A DNA stretch of 64,000 bases from Bacteroidota bacterium (GTDB taxonomy: Bacteria; Bacteroidota; Ignavibacteria; UBA10030; UBA8401). A program made the position numbers and the translations under genes. The notes beneath the pieces were generated by a model that made no database searches, had not been told where the DNA came from, and saw only the letters and a list, made by a program, of their open reading frames with translations. Of this stretch, positions 10,554 to 21,040 are shown piece after piece. The stretch covers positions 9,302-73,301 of the forward strand of contig JAJYOI010000002.1 in the NCBI GenBank assembly GCA_021796275.1. The letters are read 5' to 3'. Each line of letters begins with the position of its first letter. The stretch's first letter is position 1.

Positions 10554-11822
10554 ATGCATAAGAAGAAAATTGTTATTCCCGCAATAATTATCGTTGTGTT
10601 AGCGGCTTTTTCGTTTTGGTATTTTTCTTCCTCCTCTTCTTCAGATGTGACATACCGATTTGAAAAAGTCCAGCGCGGCGACATTCAAGTAACGGTAACT
10701 GCAACGGGAACGTTGAGTGCAGACACAACGGTGCAGGTTGGCACTCAGGTCTCCGGGATACTTTCAAAAATCAATGCTGACTTCAACAGTAAAGTAAAGA
10801 AAGGGGAAGTGATCGCGCAAATTGATCCGACAGTGTTGCAAGCGAACGTTCATGATGCCGAGGCAACGCTTCAGCGGGCGCAAGCGCAGGCAAACAATTC
10901 CAAACGGATTTTTGCACGCACGAAAGTTCTTTTTGATAAAGGATTGGCTTCACAACAGGATTATGATGCCGCACTTTCCGCACAGGAATCGGACCAAGCA
11001 CAGGTGAAATCGGCACAGGTCGGATTGGAGCGGGCGCGAATCAATTTGGCGTATGCAACTATTCGCGCACCGATTGACGGCGTTGTCATTTCCCGCGCCG
11101 TTGATGTCGGGCAAACTGTGGCGGCAAGTTTGTCAGCGCCGACGTTGTTCACCATCGCCAACGATTTGACAAAAATGCAAGTGCAGGCAGATGTAGATGA
11201 AGCCGACATCGGAAACGTACAGGTGGGACAGGAAGTTACCTTTACAGTTGATGCATTTCCCGATCAGACATTTCACGGCGTCGTAAAGCAAATTCGTTTA
11301 CTGCCGCAAACTGTTCAGAACGTTGTGAATTATACCGTCATGATTGACGTTCCCAACAAAGACATGAAGCTTCTTCCGGGGATGACCGCGACGGTGACGA
11401 TTCTTGTTTCGAAAAAGGAAAACACTCTGAAGGTGCCAACGATTGCTTTGCGGTACCAACCGCTGCCCGATCAGATTGAACAACGAAAAGACAGCGCCGG
11501 CAATTCTCAAGATTCTGCGAGAGCTGCACGGCGCAGAGCATTTATGCAGCGCATGCAGCAGGGAGGCGGAAGCGATTTCGGTGGTATGCAGCACATGATG
11601 CAGACGCGAAACTTCGGGCGCCTGTGGATACTTGGTAAAGACAAGAAGCTGCAACCGGTGTTTGTCAAAACAGGTTTGAGCGATGGCACGTTCACTGAAA
11701 TTACACAAGGAAATATTCAGGAAGGCGCGCAGATTGTCATCGGCCAATTGTCATCAGCAGGTGCACAAGTACCCCCCTCGAACGGACGCGGCGGCCCGGG
11801 CGGTATGAGAATGAGGTTTTAA
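10554..11822 (+). CDS. macA: Efflux transporter periplasmic adaptor (HlyD/MacA family); glycine-rich C-terminal tail.
   Basis: TM anchor then coiled-coil and beta-barrel regions ([20 protein letters not shown]). Start set at ATG 10554 (MHKKK); the ORF track begins at an upstream alternative start, 10509. Confidence 0.85.
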   Translation: MHKKKIVIPAIIIVVLAAFSFWYFSSSSSSDVTYRFEKVQRGDIQVTVTATGTLSADTTVQVGTQVSGILSKINADFNSKVKKGEVIAQIDPTVLQANVHDAEATLQRAQAQANNSKRIFARTKVLFDKGLASQQDYDAALSAQESDQAQVKSAQVGLERARINLAYATIRAPIDGVVISRAVDVGQTVAASLSAPTLFTIANDLTKMQVQADVDEADIGNVQVGQEVTFTVDAFPDQTFHGVVKQIRLLPQTVQNVVNYTVMIDVPNKDMKLLPGMTATVTILVSKKENTLKVPTIALRYQPLPDQIEQRKDSAGNSQDSARAARRRAFMQRMQQGGGSDFGGMQHMMQTRNFGRLWILGKDKKLQPVFVKTGLSDGTFTEITQGNIQEGAQIVIGQLSSAGAQVPPSNGRGGPGGMRMRF

Positions 11823-11824
11823 CG

Positions 11825-12685
11825 ATGTCAGAGAAAATGAACGGCTCAAATACCGCAAATCCGCCAAAGGCGGATCAGCCTGTGGTCGATTTAATTTCGG
11901 TTCGGCATCTCACTAAAACGTATAAAATGGGAGACGTCGAGGTTCATGCTCTGCGCGGAATAACTCTTGAAATTCGGCGCGGGGAGTTTGTGGCAATCAT
12001 GGGTGCGTCTGGTTCGGGAAAATCCACCTTCATGAATATTATCGGTTGTTTGGATGTTCCAACGAAAGGCGAGTATATCCTCGACGAGGTTGATGTAAGT
12101 AAGTTGGACCGCGATGCGCTGGCACGGATTCGCAATGAAAAAATCGGATTCGTATTTCAAGGGTTTAATTTACTTCCGCGGACTTCCGCGTTGGAAAATG
12201 TTGAGCTTCCAATGTTTTACAAAAATGTGTCGAACAAATCCCGGCACGACAAAGCGATGGAAGCATTGCGTGTGGTCGGTCTCGAAGAACGCTGGAATCA
12301 CATGCCGAATCAATTGTCCGGTGGACAGCAGCAGCGTGTCGCCGTCGCGCGCGCATTAGTGAATGATCCTTCGATTATTCTTGCCGATGAGCCGACGGGA
12401 AATCTTGACAGCCGCACAAGCGTTGAGGTGATGGAAATATTTCAGCAGCTTAATCATCAAGGCATTACCATTGTTCTTGTAACGCATGAAGCCGATATCG
12501 CGCAATATGCAAAGCGGAATGTCGTTTTTAAAGACGGAAAAATTAAGCGGGATTTCGTTGTTGAGAAGAGGCGCACTGCGAGCGAGCAGTTGGCAACTAT
12601 GCCGGCATCTGTGGACGAGGACGAAGAAGTCATCGAATTCGAAATGACGTCGGAAGCGAAAGAGCAAAAGGAAACAGCGCGATGA
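11825..12685 (+). CDS. macB: ABC transporter ATP-binding protein, MacB/LolD-type; acidic C-terminal extension.
   Basis: Walker [10 protein letters not shown], signature [15 protein letters not shown], Walker [12 protein letters not shown]. Confidence 0.9.
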   Translation: MSEKMNGSNTANPPKADQPVVDLISVRHLTKTYKMGDVEVHALRGITLEIRRGEFVAIMGASGSGKSTFMNIIGCLDVPTKGEYILDEVDVSKLDRDALARIRNEKIGFVFQGFNLLPRTSALENVELPMFYKNVSNKSRHDKAMEALRVVGLEERWNHMPNQLSGGQQQRVAVARALVNDPSIILADEPTGNLDSRTSVEVMEIFQQLNHQGITIVLVTHEADIAQYAKRNVVFKDGKIKRDFVVEKRRTASEQLATMPASVDEDEEVIEFEMTSEAKEQKETAR

Positions 12686-13899
12686 ATATCATCAATATTT
12701 TAAAAGTTGCCATGCGTTCATTGGGAAGGAATAAATTGCGTTCCTTCTTGACAATGCTGGGAATTATTATTGGTGTCGGCGCAGTGATCGCGATGATGGC
12801 GGTTGGAGAAGGTGCGCAGTACAGTATTCAGCAGCAGATCGCTTCGCTCGGCACAAACGTGCTGCTGATTTTTCCCGGTTCAACTAATCAAGGCGGTATC
12901 CGCATCGGATTAGGGTCGCGCACATCGCTGACTCCCGGCGACCTTGAAGCGATTCAAACTCAATGCCCATCTGTTGCCGCAGCAACAGCGCAAGTGCGAA
13001 CGGGTGCGCAGATTGTGTTTGGTGAACAGAACTGGGGAACATCGGTGCTTGGTGCAAACCCGTCGTACTTTACCATCCGAAGCTGGCCGCTTTCTCTTGG
13101 GCAGTATTTTACCGATGCTGATGTCCGCGGCGCTACGAAAGTATGCGTGCTTGGGCAAACTGTGGTTGATAATCTTTTTCAAGGCGGCAATCCGGTCGGT
13201 GCAACAATTCGAATTAAAAAAATGCCGTTTAAGGTTGTCGGGGTTCTTGAACCGAAGGGACAGTCCGCACAGGGATCGGACCAGGATGATATTATTATTG
13301 CGCCATACACGACCGTGCAAAAGAAACTCATGGGCGTTACATTTTTGGGAATCATCATGGTGTCTGCCGTGAGCGATCAGGCAATGGTGGATGCTCAAAA
13401 TCAAATAACGGAATTGCTGCGCGTGCGTCACAAAATTCAGCCGTGGGAAGACAACGACTTCACCGTTCGCAGTCAAACAGAAATTGCCAACACCGCGCAG
13501 GCAACAACACAAGTGCTGACAATTCTACTCGCATCTATTGCATCCATTTCTCTTCTGGTGGGCGGCATTGGAATTATGAACATCATGCTCGTGTCGGTTA
13601 CAGAACGAACGCGTGAGATTGGCATTCGCATGTCAATTGGTGCGCGGAGCAGAGATATTTTATATCAGTTCCTTATTGAAGCGGTCGTGCTGAGCATGGC
13701 GGGAGGTGCGCTCGGTGTTCTCATCGGCATTGTATCTTCGGATATTATCTCGGCATTGGCTAATTGGCCTACTCTTGTTTCACCTGTTTCTGTGGGGCTG
13801 GCATTTCTTTTTGCAGCGGCGGTCGGCATTTTCTTCGGATTTTATCCTGCCCGTAAAGCGGCAATTCTTAATCCCATCGATGCTCTTCGCTACGAATAG
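12682..13899 (+). CDS. ABC transporter permease, FtsX/MacB-like, with a periplasmic domain.
   Basis: 405 aa. N-terminal TM, large periplasmic domain, C-terminal FtsX-like TM bundle. 4-nt overlap with the upstream ATPase gene. Confidence 0.85.
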   Translation: MNIINILKVAMRSLGRNKLRSFLTMLGIIIGVGAVIAMMAVGEGAQYSIQQQIASLGTNVLLIFPGSTNQGGIRIGLGSRTSLTPGDLEAIQTQCPSVAAATAQVRTGAQIVFGEQNWGTSVLGANPSYFTIRSWPLSLGQYFTDADVRGATKVCVLGQTVVDNLFQGGNPVGATIRIKKMPFKVVGVLEPKGQSAQGSDQDDIIIAPYTTVQKKLMGVTFLGIIMVSAVSDQAMVDAQNQITELLRVRHKIQPWEDNDFTVRSQTEIANTAQATTQVLTILLASIASISLLVGGIGIMNIMLVSVTERTREIGIRMSIGARSRDILYQFLIEAVVLSMAGGALGVLIGIVSSDIISALANWPTLVSPVSVGLAFLFAAAVGIFFGFYPARKAAILNPIDALRYE

Positions 13900-13941
13900 C
13901 TTGCAAAGAGCTGTTCTTGCGGGTGATAATTTTTTTTCTTC

Positions 13942-14379
13942 TTGTGCCATTTAACAATTGACATAGTGAAAAAATGTTCTACATTAGTGCAAAACCACGG
14001 CACAAGGCGTACTTTGAATTCACTGGAATACGAAAATAATCAGAAGAATGATCGCCTTCGCGCGTACATCGTTGAACGTGATCATTCGAAATGCAGATGG
14101 CCCGGTTGCGGCAGCAACGACGAACTGGAAGTGTTGTTCATCACTGAAGATGACGGCACTCAGGAGCAGCCGCCGGTTTATCAAAATGGCATCACTCTTT
14201 GTGCAAAGCACAAAGAAGTTGTCATGCTTCAGGAAAAAATGTTCGCACCGCTGGTGTACGATTTGATACAATTGGTAGAATTTGAACACGATCTTGTGCT
14301 GACTGAAAAAACATACAAAGAGATTCTTGGGGGACAACAAGAAAGACCGTCCGATGATTTGCCCCGTTTGCCAGAGTGA
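13942..14379 (+). CDS. Small HNH-like protein with degenerate catalytic residues.
   Basis: CRWPGCGSNDELEVLFI...NGITLCAKHK resembles HNH (C..C...LEVHHI...N...LC..CH) but both catalytic His positions are substituted. Start uncertain. Confidence 0.4.
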   Translation: MCHLTIDIVKKCSTLVQNHGTRRTLNSLEYENNQKNDRLRAYIVERDHSKCRWPGCGSNDELEVLFITEDDGTQEQPPVYQNGITLCAKHKEVVMLQEKMFAPLVYDLIQLVEFEHDLVLTEKTYKEILGGQQERPSDDLPRLPE

Positions 14380-14572
14380 GAACGTTCACCGTTCACGCTC
14401 GAAAACCCCCGTTCAAAAAATCCTCCGTTTTCTTTTTCCGATTTGTTATTATCGTTGCCACAGGTGCGGCGTGCGGCTAACGCGGATTCGGAAAGAATCG
14501 TTATTTGCGTACTTTGTTTCGTATCTATCGATAGCGTTTGTGTTGTATTATGCAGTGCGAAGGTTCTTTTGA
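14354..14572 (+). CDS. Small zinc-ribbon protein with a C-terminal TM helix; overlaps the 3' end of the HNH-like ORF in the +1 frame.
   Basis: Two CxxC pairs (CPVC...CHRC) followed by a hydrophobic segment SLFAYFVSYLSIAFVLYYAV. Could be a frameshifted continuation of the upstream ORF. Confidence 0.3.
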   Translation: MICPVCQSENVHRSRSKTPVQKILRFLFPICYYRCHRCGVRLTRIRKESLFAYFVSYLSIAFVLYYAVRRFF

Positions 14573-14697
14573 ACTTCGTCTCTTCCCGTTTTTTGCCGTG
14601 AAAGGGTGGTGCGCCTTTTTATTTCACTTCCTGTGTTGAATAAGAAGCGCACATTCTTTATTATGCAGATGGATTTTAGATTCTACACTTTTCATCA

Positions 14698-15495
14698 TTG
14701 AGCGGTTCATTTCCAATGACTTTCAATTTTGCCGGCACTGCGGAAATTCTCGTTGCAATTTGTCATCGTGTCGCTGAAAAAGGTTTTGTCACGGCAACAG
14801 ATGGAAATGTCAGCGTGCGGCTTCCGAACGGCAATATTCTCGCGACGCCGACTTCGATGAATAAAGGTTTTGTGACGGCGGATGATTTGGTTGAGGTGAA
14901 TGTTGATGGCTCTCAGCTTTCAGGCAGGCGCAAACCATCGTCGGAAATGGATATGCACTTGTTCATTTACAAGAATCGTGCAGACGTGAACGCTGTGGTG
15001 CATTGCCATCCGCCGTACGCAACAGGTTTTGCGACTGCAAGAATTCCATTGAACGAATGTCTTTTTCCTGAAGTGGTTGTGAATCTCGGCGCAATTCCGC
15101 TGGCGCCGTATGCAACTCCGTCAACGGCGGAAGTCAGCGATTCCATTGCGCCATTTGTGAAGAACGCCGATGCAATCCTGCTCGCGAATCACGGTGTGGT
15201 TACCTACGGGAAGGATTTATGGGATGCCTATTTCAAAATGGAAAAAGTCGAACATGCGGCGCACAGTGTGTTCGTTGCTCGAATGCTGGGCGGGGAAAAG
15301 CCGCTGAGTACTGAGCAAGTTCAGCTGCTTCGGAATATTTCTGTGGAAAGTTACGGCAAGGATTTTTCCGGCAAAATTGCATGCGACACAGGCATAGCCA
15401 AGCCCGAAGTTGAATTGAACGAAGAAGAATATAAATTCATTGTTGATGAAGTGAAGAAACGATTGAGCCGAAAGCCAGAGGAAACAAAGCAATGA
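14698..15495 (+). CDS. Class II aldolase/adducin-family protein (fuculose-phosphate aldolase / MTRu-1-P dehydratase-like).
   Basis: Conserved metal-binding HCHPPYAT and ANHGVVTYG motifs. Confidence 0.8.
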   Translation: MSGSFPMTFNFAGTAEILVAICHRVAEKGFVTATDGNVSVRLPNGNILATPTSMNKGFVTADDLVEVNVDGSQLSGRRKPSSEMDMHLFIYKNRADVNAVVHCHPPYATGFATARIPLNECLFPEVVVNLGAIPLAPYATPSTAEVSDSIAPFVKNADAILLANHGVVTYGKDLWDAYFKMEKVEHAAHSVFVARMLGGEKPLSTEQVQLLRNISVESYGKDFSGKIACDTGIAKPEVELNEEEYKFIVDEVKKRLSRKPEETKQ

Positions 15496-16625
15496 CGCAG
15501 GTTCGTAAAATTAGAATCGGAGTTTTGTTCGGAGGGCGTTCCGCCGAGCATGAAGTGTCGCTCGTGTCCGCCGCCTCGGTGATCAATGCGCTCGATAAAA
15601 ATAAATATGACGTCATTCCCATCGGCATCACACCGGAGGGACAGTGGTTGAGTTCTGCTACTGCTCTCGCGTTGCTCAAGGAAAAATCCGGCGTTGAAAA
15701 TTTTCCCGAGCACCTTATCGTGCCTGATCCGCGCCGGCAAGGATTGGTCGGAATAAGAAATACCTCTTCACCGGATGAAGTGCAGCCGATTGATGTTCTT
15801 TTTCCCGTGCTGCATGGAACGTACGGCGAAGATGGATCAATTCAAGGATTGCTCGAGCTTGCCGGCGTTGCATACGTCGGGGCGGGCGTGCTTGGCTCAG
15901 CAGTTGGAATGGATAAAGTAATTCAAAAGCAGTTGCTTGACAACGCCGGGGTACGCATCACGCCTTGTCTTTCTTTCCTGATGTCGGACTTCGAAGCACA
16001 TCAAAAACGCATTCTCGGTTCCATTGAGAAAAAACTTCGTTATCCATGTTTTGTGAAACCGGCAAATACAGGTTCGAGCGTTGGCATCAGCAAAGCGCAT
16101 GACAGGAAAGAATTGACTGCCGCAATCCAGCTTGCTTCACAGTATGACCGCAAGATATTGATTGAAAAATCAATCGAAAAGGCGCGGGAGATCGAGTGCA
16201 GCGTTTTGGGGAATGACAATCCGATTGCATCGGTGCCGGGAGAAATTATTTCGTCGAACGAGTTTTATGATTACAATGCAAAATATGTTGACGGGAAGTC
16301 AACAGCAATTATTCCGGCGAAGTGTTCGAAAGCAGTGACGGAAAAAATTCGCCAGATTGCAGTGGACGCGTTCCGGATACTCGACTGTGCCGGAATGGCG
16401 CGTGTTGATTTTTTGGTACAGCGTAACGGAGAGAAAATCTTTCTCAATGAGATTAACACGATTCCCGGATTCACTTCGATCAGCATGTACCCGAAATTGT
16501 GGGAGGCATCGGGGCTAAAATATTCAGACCTTCTTGATCGTTTGATTGAGCTTGCACTTGAACGCCATGCAGCAAAACAAAAACTGAAGACGACGTTCAA
16601 TCCGAAAAAGGAATGGTACAGATAG
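15492..16625 (+). CDS. ddl: D-alanine--D-alanine ligase.
   Basis: 377 aa. N-terminal IGVLFGGRSAEHEVSL, an ATP-grasp region, and C-terminal EINTIPGFT. Confidence 0.9.
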   Translation: MTQVRKIRIGVLFGGRSAEHEVSLVSAASVINALDKNKYDVIPIGITPEGQWLSSATALALLKEKSGVENFPEHLIVPDPRRQGLVGIRNTSSPDEVQPIDVLFPVLHGTYGEDGSIQGLLELAGVAYVGAGVLGSAVGMDKVIQKQLLDNAGVRITPCLSFLMSDFEAHQKRILGSIEKKLRYPCFVKPANTGSSVGISKAHDRKELTAAIQLASQYDRKILIEKSIEKAREIECSVLGNDNPIASVPGEIISSNEFYDYNAKYVDGKSTAIIPAKCSKAVTEKIRQIAVDAFRILDCAGMARVDFLVQRNGEKIFLNEINTIPGFTSISMYPKLWEASGLKYSDLLDRLIELALERHAAKQKLKTTFNPKKEWYR

Positions 16626-16634
16626 GGAACAGAT

Positions 16635-17933
16635 TCATCGGCTTACTGCCGCCGCAATTTCCACATCGTCTGTTCCGGGGAACATATCAAACGGCACGAC
16701 GCGCGTAATGCGATAGCCGGAATTTTTCCACCGCTCAAGTTCGCCTTCCATGATTTCAACGTTGCAGAAAATGTGTACGGCGCGTTCTATCTTTTTTGCT
16801 GCAAGAAATTCTATGACGCCCGGCTTTGTTCCGTTTCTTGGCGGATCGAGAATTGCCAATGTATTGCTGCCGTCTGTGTGAATAATTTGTTCGAGCGATT
16901 CGGCAGAGATATCGCTTGCAATGAAACGATGATGAAATGCTTTCTGCCGCCGCGCGTTGTTGACGGCATCGCGAACAGATTCATAAGAGATTTCAATACC
17001 GGTGGCGCTTTTCACTGTATCGGCAAGGCAGAGCGAGAATAATCCGTAGCCGCAGTACAGGTCAAGCAAGTTGTGTTTTTGGGAAGGCTGCAAGAGCGCA
17101 GAAATCGTTTCGACGAACACGGGAAGAACTGATGGATTCGTCTGGGAAAACGAAAGCGGGTGATAAAGAAATTTCTTTCCGTTCACTTGTTGAAAAATTT
17201 CCGACGCGCCGAAGATTTTCTGCAAGCGGATTTTGAATTCACGTTTGCGCTGCGGCGTGCGCTGCGAGAGGTAGTAACGCGATCGCTCTTCATCCACAAA
17301 GGCAAAAATGCTTTTAATGCTTGGCACGCGGCGGGTCAGAAATCGGGAAAGCATGTTCGCATACCGGCGGACTATTGAATCGAAGCTGGTAAGATTGAAG
17401 ATCACTGTTTGCTCTTCATAATTTCCCTTTACGATGATGTAATTGAAACGTTCTGCGAAATCTGCATTTTCCGGTTTGGCGAAAAATTCCTCCACGGCGC
17501 GATAGACTTTTCCATGCGTTTCATGTTCAATAACACATTCATCCACCGGCAGCGCAAATGTCGTTTCGCGCTCGTCATCGAAACCAATCAGGCCGAATTG
17601 AAAATCCCTTTGGGACTGAATTCCCTGCGATGACCGGACCTGTCCGCCATGGCTTATCTTTGGGCGGAATGCCTTCCTTTTGCTGATGCTTCGATAGTGT
17701 CTGCCTAACGGAGAACGAACCAACGGCTCGGCGGCGCTTCCAAGCGATGTGTCGCTCAGAAATTTTTGTACCGCTTTGTTCTTTGCGATATATTCTTCAT
17801 CATAATTGACTTTGTAACCGGCGCATAGCGTGCAGAGCTTCCCGTTTGATGTTTTGCATTCGCCGTTGGGGAGCGTTCGTCGCCGAAGAAGAGCTAATTC
17901 TTTTGTGAAGAGGTCTGTAAAGGAATTTTTCAT
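16635..17933 (-). CDS. rlmD: 23S rRNA (uracil-C5)-methyltransferase, RlmD/RumA family.
   Basis: N-terminal Cys cluster (CKTSNGKLCTLCAGY) and SAM-MTase motifs (DLYCGYGLFSL, ILDPPRNG). Confidence 0.8.
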   Translation of the reverse strand: MKNSFTDLFTKELALLRRRTLPNGECKTSNGKLCTLCAGYKVNYDEEYIAKNKAVQKFLSDTSLGSAAEPLVRSPLGRHYRSISKRKAFRPKISHGGQVRSSQGIQSQRDFQFGLIGFDDERETTFALPVDECVIEHETHGKVYRAVEEFFAKPENADFAERFNYIIVKGNYEEQTVIFNLTSFDSIVRRYANMLSRFLTRRVPSIKSIFAFVDEERSRYYLSQRTPQRKREFKIRLQKIFGASEIFQQVNGKKFLYHPLSFSQTNPSVLPVFVETISALLQPSQKHNLLDLYCGYGLFSLCLADTVKSATGIEISYESVRDAVNNARRQKAFHHRFIASDISAESLEQIIHTDGSNTLAILDPPRNGTKPGVIEFLAAKKIERAVHIFCNVEIMEGELERWKNSGYRITRVVPFDMFPGTDDVEIAAAVSR

Positions 17934-18049
17934 GAAATTTCAGCGTATGGTTGATCAGCGTGTAGCTGAAAAGTAGGGAATGCGCGAAGCAGAATCAATT
18001 GCCAAAAACGTACTTTTAATTGTTGGCATTTCTTGCTACATTACGCCAA

Positions 18050-18406
18050 ATGGCAGGCGGAAATTTCTACAGAAAAATACGGAAGTCCGCATTTGGCGGA
18101 AAGCCGGCGAAGTGGTTGTCCCGCTTAGCGGCGAACAAAAAACTCAGCGTCGCGCTGGCGCTCGGCGCTCTTCTTCTTTTGTATGCTTTTTTTAATAACA
18201 ATGGAATTCTTCAGCGCCTGCGGCTTGAGCAGGCAAAGAAAGAGCTGAAGCAGAAAATTGAACGCGCTCAACAGGAACAAAAACAATTGCTCGAGCAATC
18301 GAAAGCTCTTGATGGAGACAAAGAAGCGATTGAGAAAGTTGCCCGCGAGAAGTACGGCATGATTCGCAGCGGCGAAAAAGTGTACCGCGTTGCCCCGAAA
18401 AAATGA
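18050..18406 (+). CDS. ftsB: FtsB/DivIC-like septum formation initiator.
   Basis: N-terminal TM helix then a coiled coil ending KYGMIRSGEKVYRV. Start chosen at ATG 18050; the ORF track begins at TTG 18020. Confidence 0.6.
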   Translation: MAGGNFYRKIRKSAFGGKPAKWLSRLAANKKLSVALALGALLLLYAFFNNNGILQRLRLEQAKKELKQKIERAQQEQKQLLEQSKALDGDKEAIEKVAREKYGMIRSGEKVYRVAPKK

Positions 18407-18457
18407 ATTTCTGAGTTTAAGCGATGACTTTTTGAGGACGAAACCTCCAATAACGTC

Positions 18458-18531
18458 ATTCCCGCGAAGGCGGGAATCCATTTTTAGATAAATTCCGGGA
18501 CGTGGATTCCCGGCAACAACATTCGGGAATC
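18458..18531. repeat. REP-like bipartite palindromic unit: hairpin Y (attcccgc-gaag-gcgggaat, 18458-18477) then hairpin X (gattcccg-11 nt-cgggaatc, 18505-18531).
   Basis: Perfect stems read directly from the sequence. A second copy lies after rarA at 19959-20032. Confidence 0.7.
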
Positions 18532-18591
18532 ACGTTCTTGTTGCTTTGTATAATTTCAGTGTGATGTTGAGAGTATAGCGGTCTTCCTTCT

Positions 18592-19920
18592 ATGGAATTA
18601 TTCGAATCATTAAAGACAGGATCAGAAAAACGTGTTCATGCACCGCTGGCGGAGCGCGTGCGCCCGCAAACGCTCGACGAATTTGTGGGGCAAGAACATT
18701 TGTTGGGCAAGGGCAAACCGCTTCGCCTGATGATCGAGAATGATGAACTTCGTTCGGTAATTTTATGGGGACCACCCGGAACGGGAAAGACAACGATCGC
18801 TCATGTTGTTGCTGCTCACACGCAGGCAGGCTTTTTTTCGCTGAATGCAGTTTCTGCCGGCGTGAAAGAAGTACGCGAAATTATAGCGAAAGCAGATGCT
18901 GCACAAAAAGCTCAGGGGCGCAAAACAATTCTTTTTATTGACGAGATTCACCGTTTTAACAAAGCGCAGCAGGATGCACTTCTCCACAGCGTTGAAAGCG
19001 GAATCCTGACGCTCATCGGCGCAACGACCGAAAATCCATCGTTTGAAGTTATTGCGCCCCTGCTCTCGCGTTCACGCGTCTATGTGCTTGAGCCGCTGAC
19101 AAAAAATGATCTTGTACGAATTCTTGAGCATGCGCTTGCTGCCGACAGTACGATAACGAAAAAAGCTGTTGAAATTTCTGATGTGGATTTTCTCATTTTC
19201 CTTTCCGGAGGCGATGCGCGGAGAATGCTCAACGGACTTGAGGCGGCATTTTACCTTGTGAAACCCGATACGAACGGTGTCCGCAAAGTTACAAAGAAAA
19301 ATCTGGAAGATGTATTTCAACGGAGCTATTCGCTCTATGATAAAACCGGCGAGCAGCATTACGATACGATTTCAGCGTTCATCAAAAGTATTCGCGGCAG
19401 CGACCCGGACGCCGGTATCTATTGGCTGGCGCGTATGCTCGATGGCGGCGAGGATCCGAAATTCATTGCGCGGCGATTGATCATCCTTGCTTCGGAAGAT
19501 ATTGGCAACGCTGATTCGTTTGCGAGCGTGCTCGCGACAAATTGCTTCACGGCGGTAGATTACGTCGGCATGCCGGAAGCGCAGATTATTCTTGCGCATT
19601 GCGTCGCGTATCTTGCATCAGCGCCGAAAAGCAATGCCGCCGTGGCAGCAATTGGCGCCGCGATGGACGATGTTCATCGTTTGCCGAATCTTCCGGTTCC
19701 GCTTCATCTTCGCAACGCACCGACAAACCTGATGAAAGAATTAGACTATGGAAAAGAATATAAATACAGCCACGATTTTCAAAATAATTTTGTTGAGCAA
19801 CAATATCTGCCGGATAGTCTGAAGGAGGCGCTCTACTACCGTCCCACTGAGAATGGAAGGGAAAAAACGATCAAGGAACGGCTTGAAATGTTCTGGCGGA
19901 AAAAGCGGAAAAAAAATTAA
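18592..19920 (+). CDS. rarA: Replication-associated recombination protein A (AAA+ ATPase RarA/MgsA).
   Basis: Walker A GPPGTGKTT, Walker B ILFIDEIHRFN, and the C-terminal MgsA helical domain. Confidence 0.9.
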   Translation: MELFESLKTGSEKRVHAPLAERVRPQTLDEFVGQEHLLGKGKPLRLMIENDELRSVILWGPPGTGKTTIAHVVAAHTQAGFFSLNAVSAGVKEVREIIAKADAAQKAQGRKTILFIDEIHRFNKAQQDALLHSVESGILTLIGATTENPSFEVIAPLLSRSRVYVLEPLTKNDLVRILEHALAADSTITKKAVEISDVDFLIFLSGGDARRMLNGLEAAFYLVKPDTNGVRKVTKKNLEDVFQRSYSLYDKTGEQHYDTISAFIKSIRGSDPDAGIYWLARMLDGGEDPKFIARRLIILASEDIGNADSFASVLATNCFTAVDYVGMPEAQIILAHCVAYLASAPKSNAAVAAIGAAMDDVHRLPNLPVPLHLRNAPTNLMKELDYGKEYKYSHDFQNNFVEQQYLPDSLKEALYYRPTENGREKTIKERLEMFWRKKRKKN

Positions 19921-19958
19921 TCATAGTGTCACAGTAACAATGAAAATTTTTACTTTGG

Positions 19959-20032
19959 ATGCCCGGCAAAAACATTCGGGCATGACGAACGTTTCTAAAT
20001 CATACGTCATTCCCGCATTCTTTTGGCGGGAA
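19959..20032. repeat. Second copy of the REP-like bipartite unit: hairpin X (atgcccg-11 nt-cgggcat, 19959-19983) then hairpin Y (attcccgc-9 nt-gcgggaat, 20008-20032).
   Basis: Shares the acgtcattcccgc...gcgggaatc and ggatNcccggcaaNaacattcggg cores with 18458-18531. Confidence 0.7.
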
Positions 20033-20086
20033 TCTATCCTTTATGCGATAATTGCTTGACAACTCAGAGAGTGAAAAGGAAAATTC

Positions 20087-21040
20087 ATGTCATCATTGCG
20101 GTATGTTATCGGAGTTGACCTTGGCGGAACAACAGTAAAATCCGGACTTGTCAGTTCCGATGGAAAAATTCATGCTCAGGTGAAGCTTCCGTCGTTAGAA
20201 AATGAAGGACCCAAAGCAGTCATTGAACAAATCAAGAGATCAATAAAAGGAATATTGGCTGATGTTGATGGAAAGTCAGTTGAAGGCATCGGCATCGGTG
20301 CGCCGGGCGTGATCGAAAAAGAAGGCGGCATCGTAAAAAATCCGCCGAATCTGTCCGGCTGGAATGAAATTCCGCTCGGCGATGAAATTCATCGATCATT
20401 TCGAATGAATGTAGAAGTTGAAAACGACGCAAACGCCGCTGCGATTGCAGAGGCAAAATTCGGCGCCGGAAAAAAATATCCGAATTTCATTTTTGTGATT
20501 TGGGGGACCGGTGTGGGCGGCGGAATTATTTCCAACGGGAAAATATATCGCGGTCCGTCCGGCGGCGCCGGTGAGATCGGGCACATCTCCATCAAGTATA
20601 ACGGATTGATGTGCAACTGCGGCGCCAAAGGGTGCGTTGAAGCGTACATTGGTCAGAAACATCTGTCAAGCCGGGCAGCGAAAATTTTGAAGGAACATCC
20701 CGGATCAAAAATTATTCAGCTTGTCGGCGGCGATCTTTCGAAAATTGAGCCGCTGTATATTTCGCAAGCGGCTGATGCGGGCGACAAAGTTGCACGCGAT
20801 ATTCTTGTCGAAGCTGGAACATTTCTCGGTGTTGCCATCGGCGCTGTGATGAATACGCTCGATTTCCGCGTCAGCATTATTGGCGGAGGTATTTCAGCGG
20901 CAGGAAAATATGTGTTCGATGCGATCACAGAATCGGTGAAGGCACATGTGCTAACGCCGCTGCGAAACGATAGTATTGTCGTTCCTGCCAAGCTTGGCAA
21001 CTGTGCCGGAATTTTGGGAGCCGCTGGTTTGGTATTGTGA
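20087..21040 (+). CDS. glcK: ROK-family glucokinase.
   Basis: IGVDLGGTTVK N-terminus; ROK zinc-binding region CNCGAKGCVE. Confidence 0.8.
   Translation: MSSLRYVIGVDLGGTTVKSGLVSSDGKIHAQVKLPSLENEGPKAVIEQIKRSIKGILADVDGKSVEGIGIGAPGVIEKEGGIVKNPPNLSGWNEIPLGDEIHRSFRMNVEVENDANAAAIAEAKFGAGKKYPNFIFVIWGTGVGGGIISNGKIYRGPSGGAGEIGHISIKYNGLMCNCGAKGCVEAYIGQKHLSSRAAKILKEHPGSKIIQLVGGDLSKIEPLYISQAADAGDKVARDILVEAGTFLGVAIGAVMNTLDFRVSIIGGGISAAGKYVFDAITESVKAHVLTPLRNDSIVVPAKLGNCAGILGAAGLVL

Noticed and set aside
12910-13512. 200-aa antisense ORF inside the FtsX-like permease gene.
   Set aside because: Fully embedded antisense to a well-supported CDS, with low-complexity Cys/Arg-rich composition. Typical spurious ORF.
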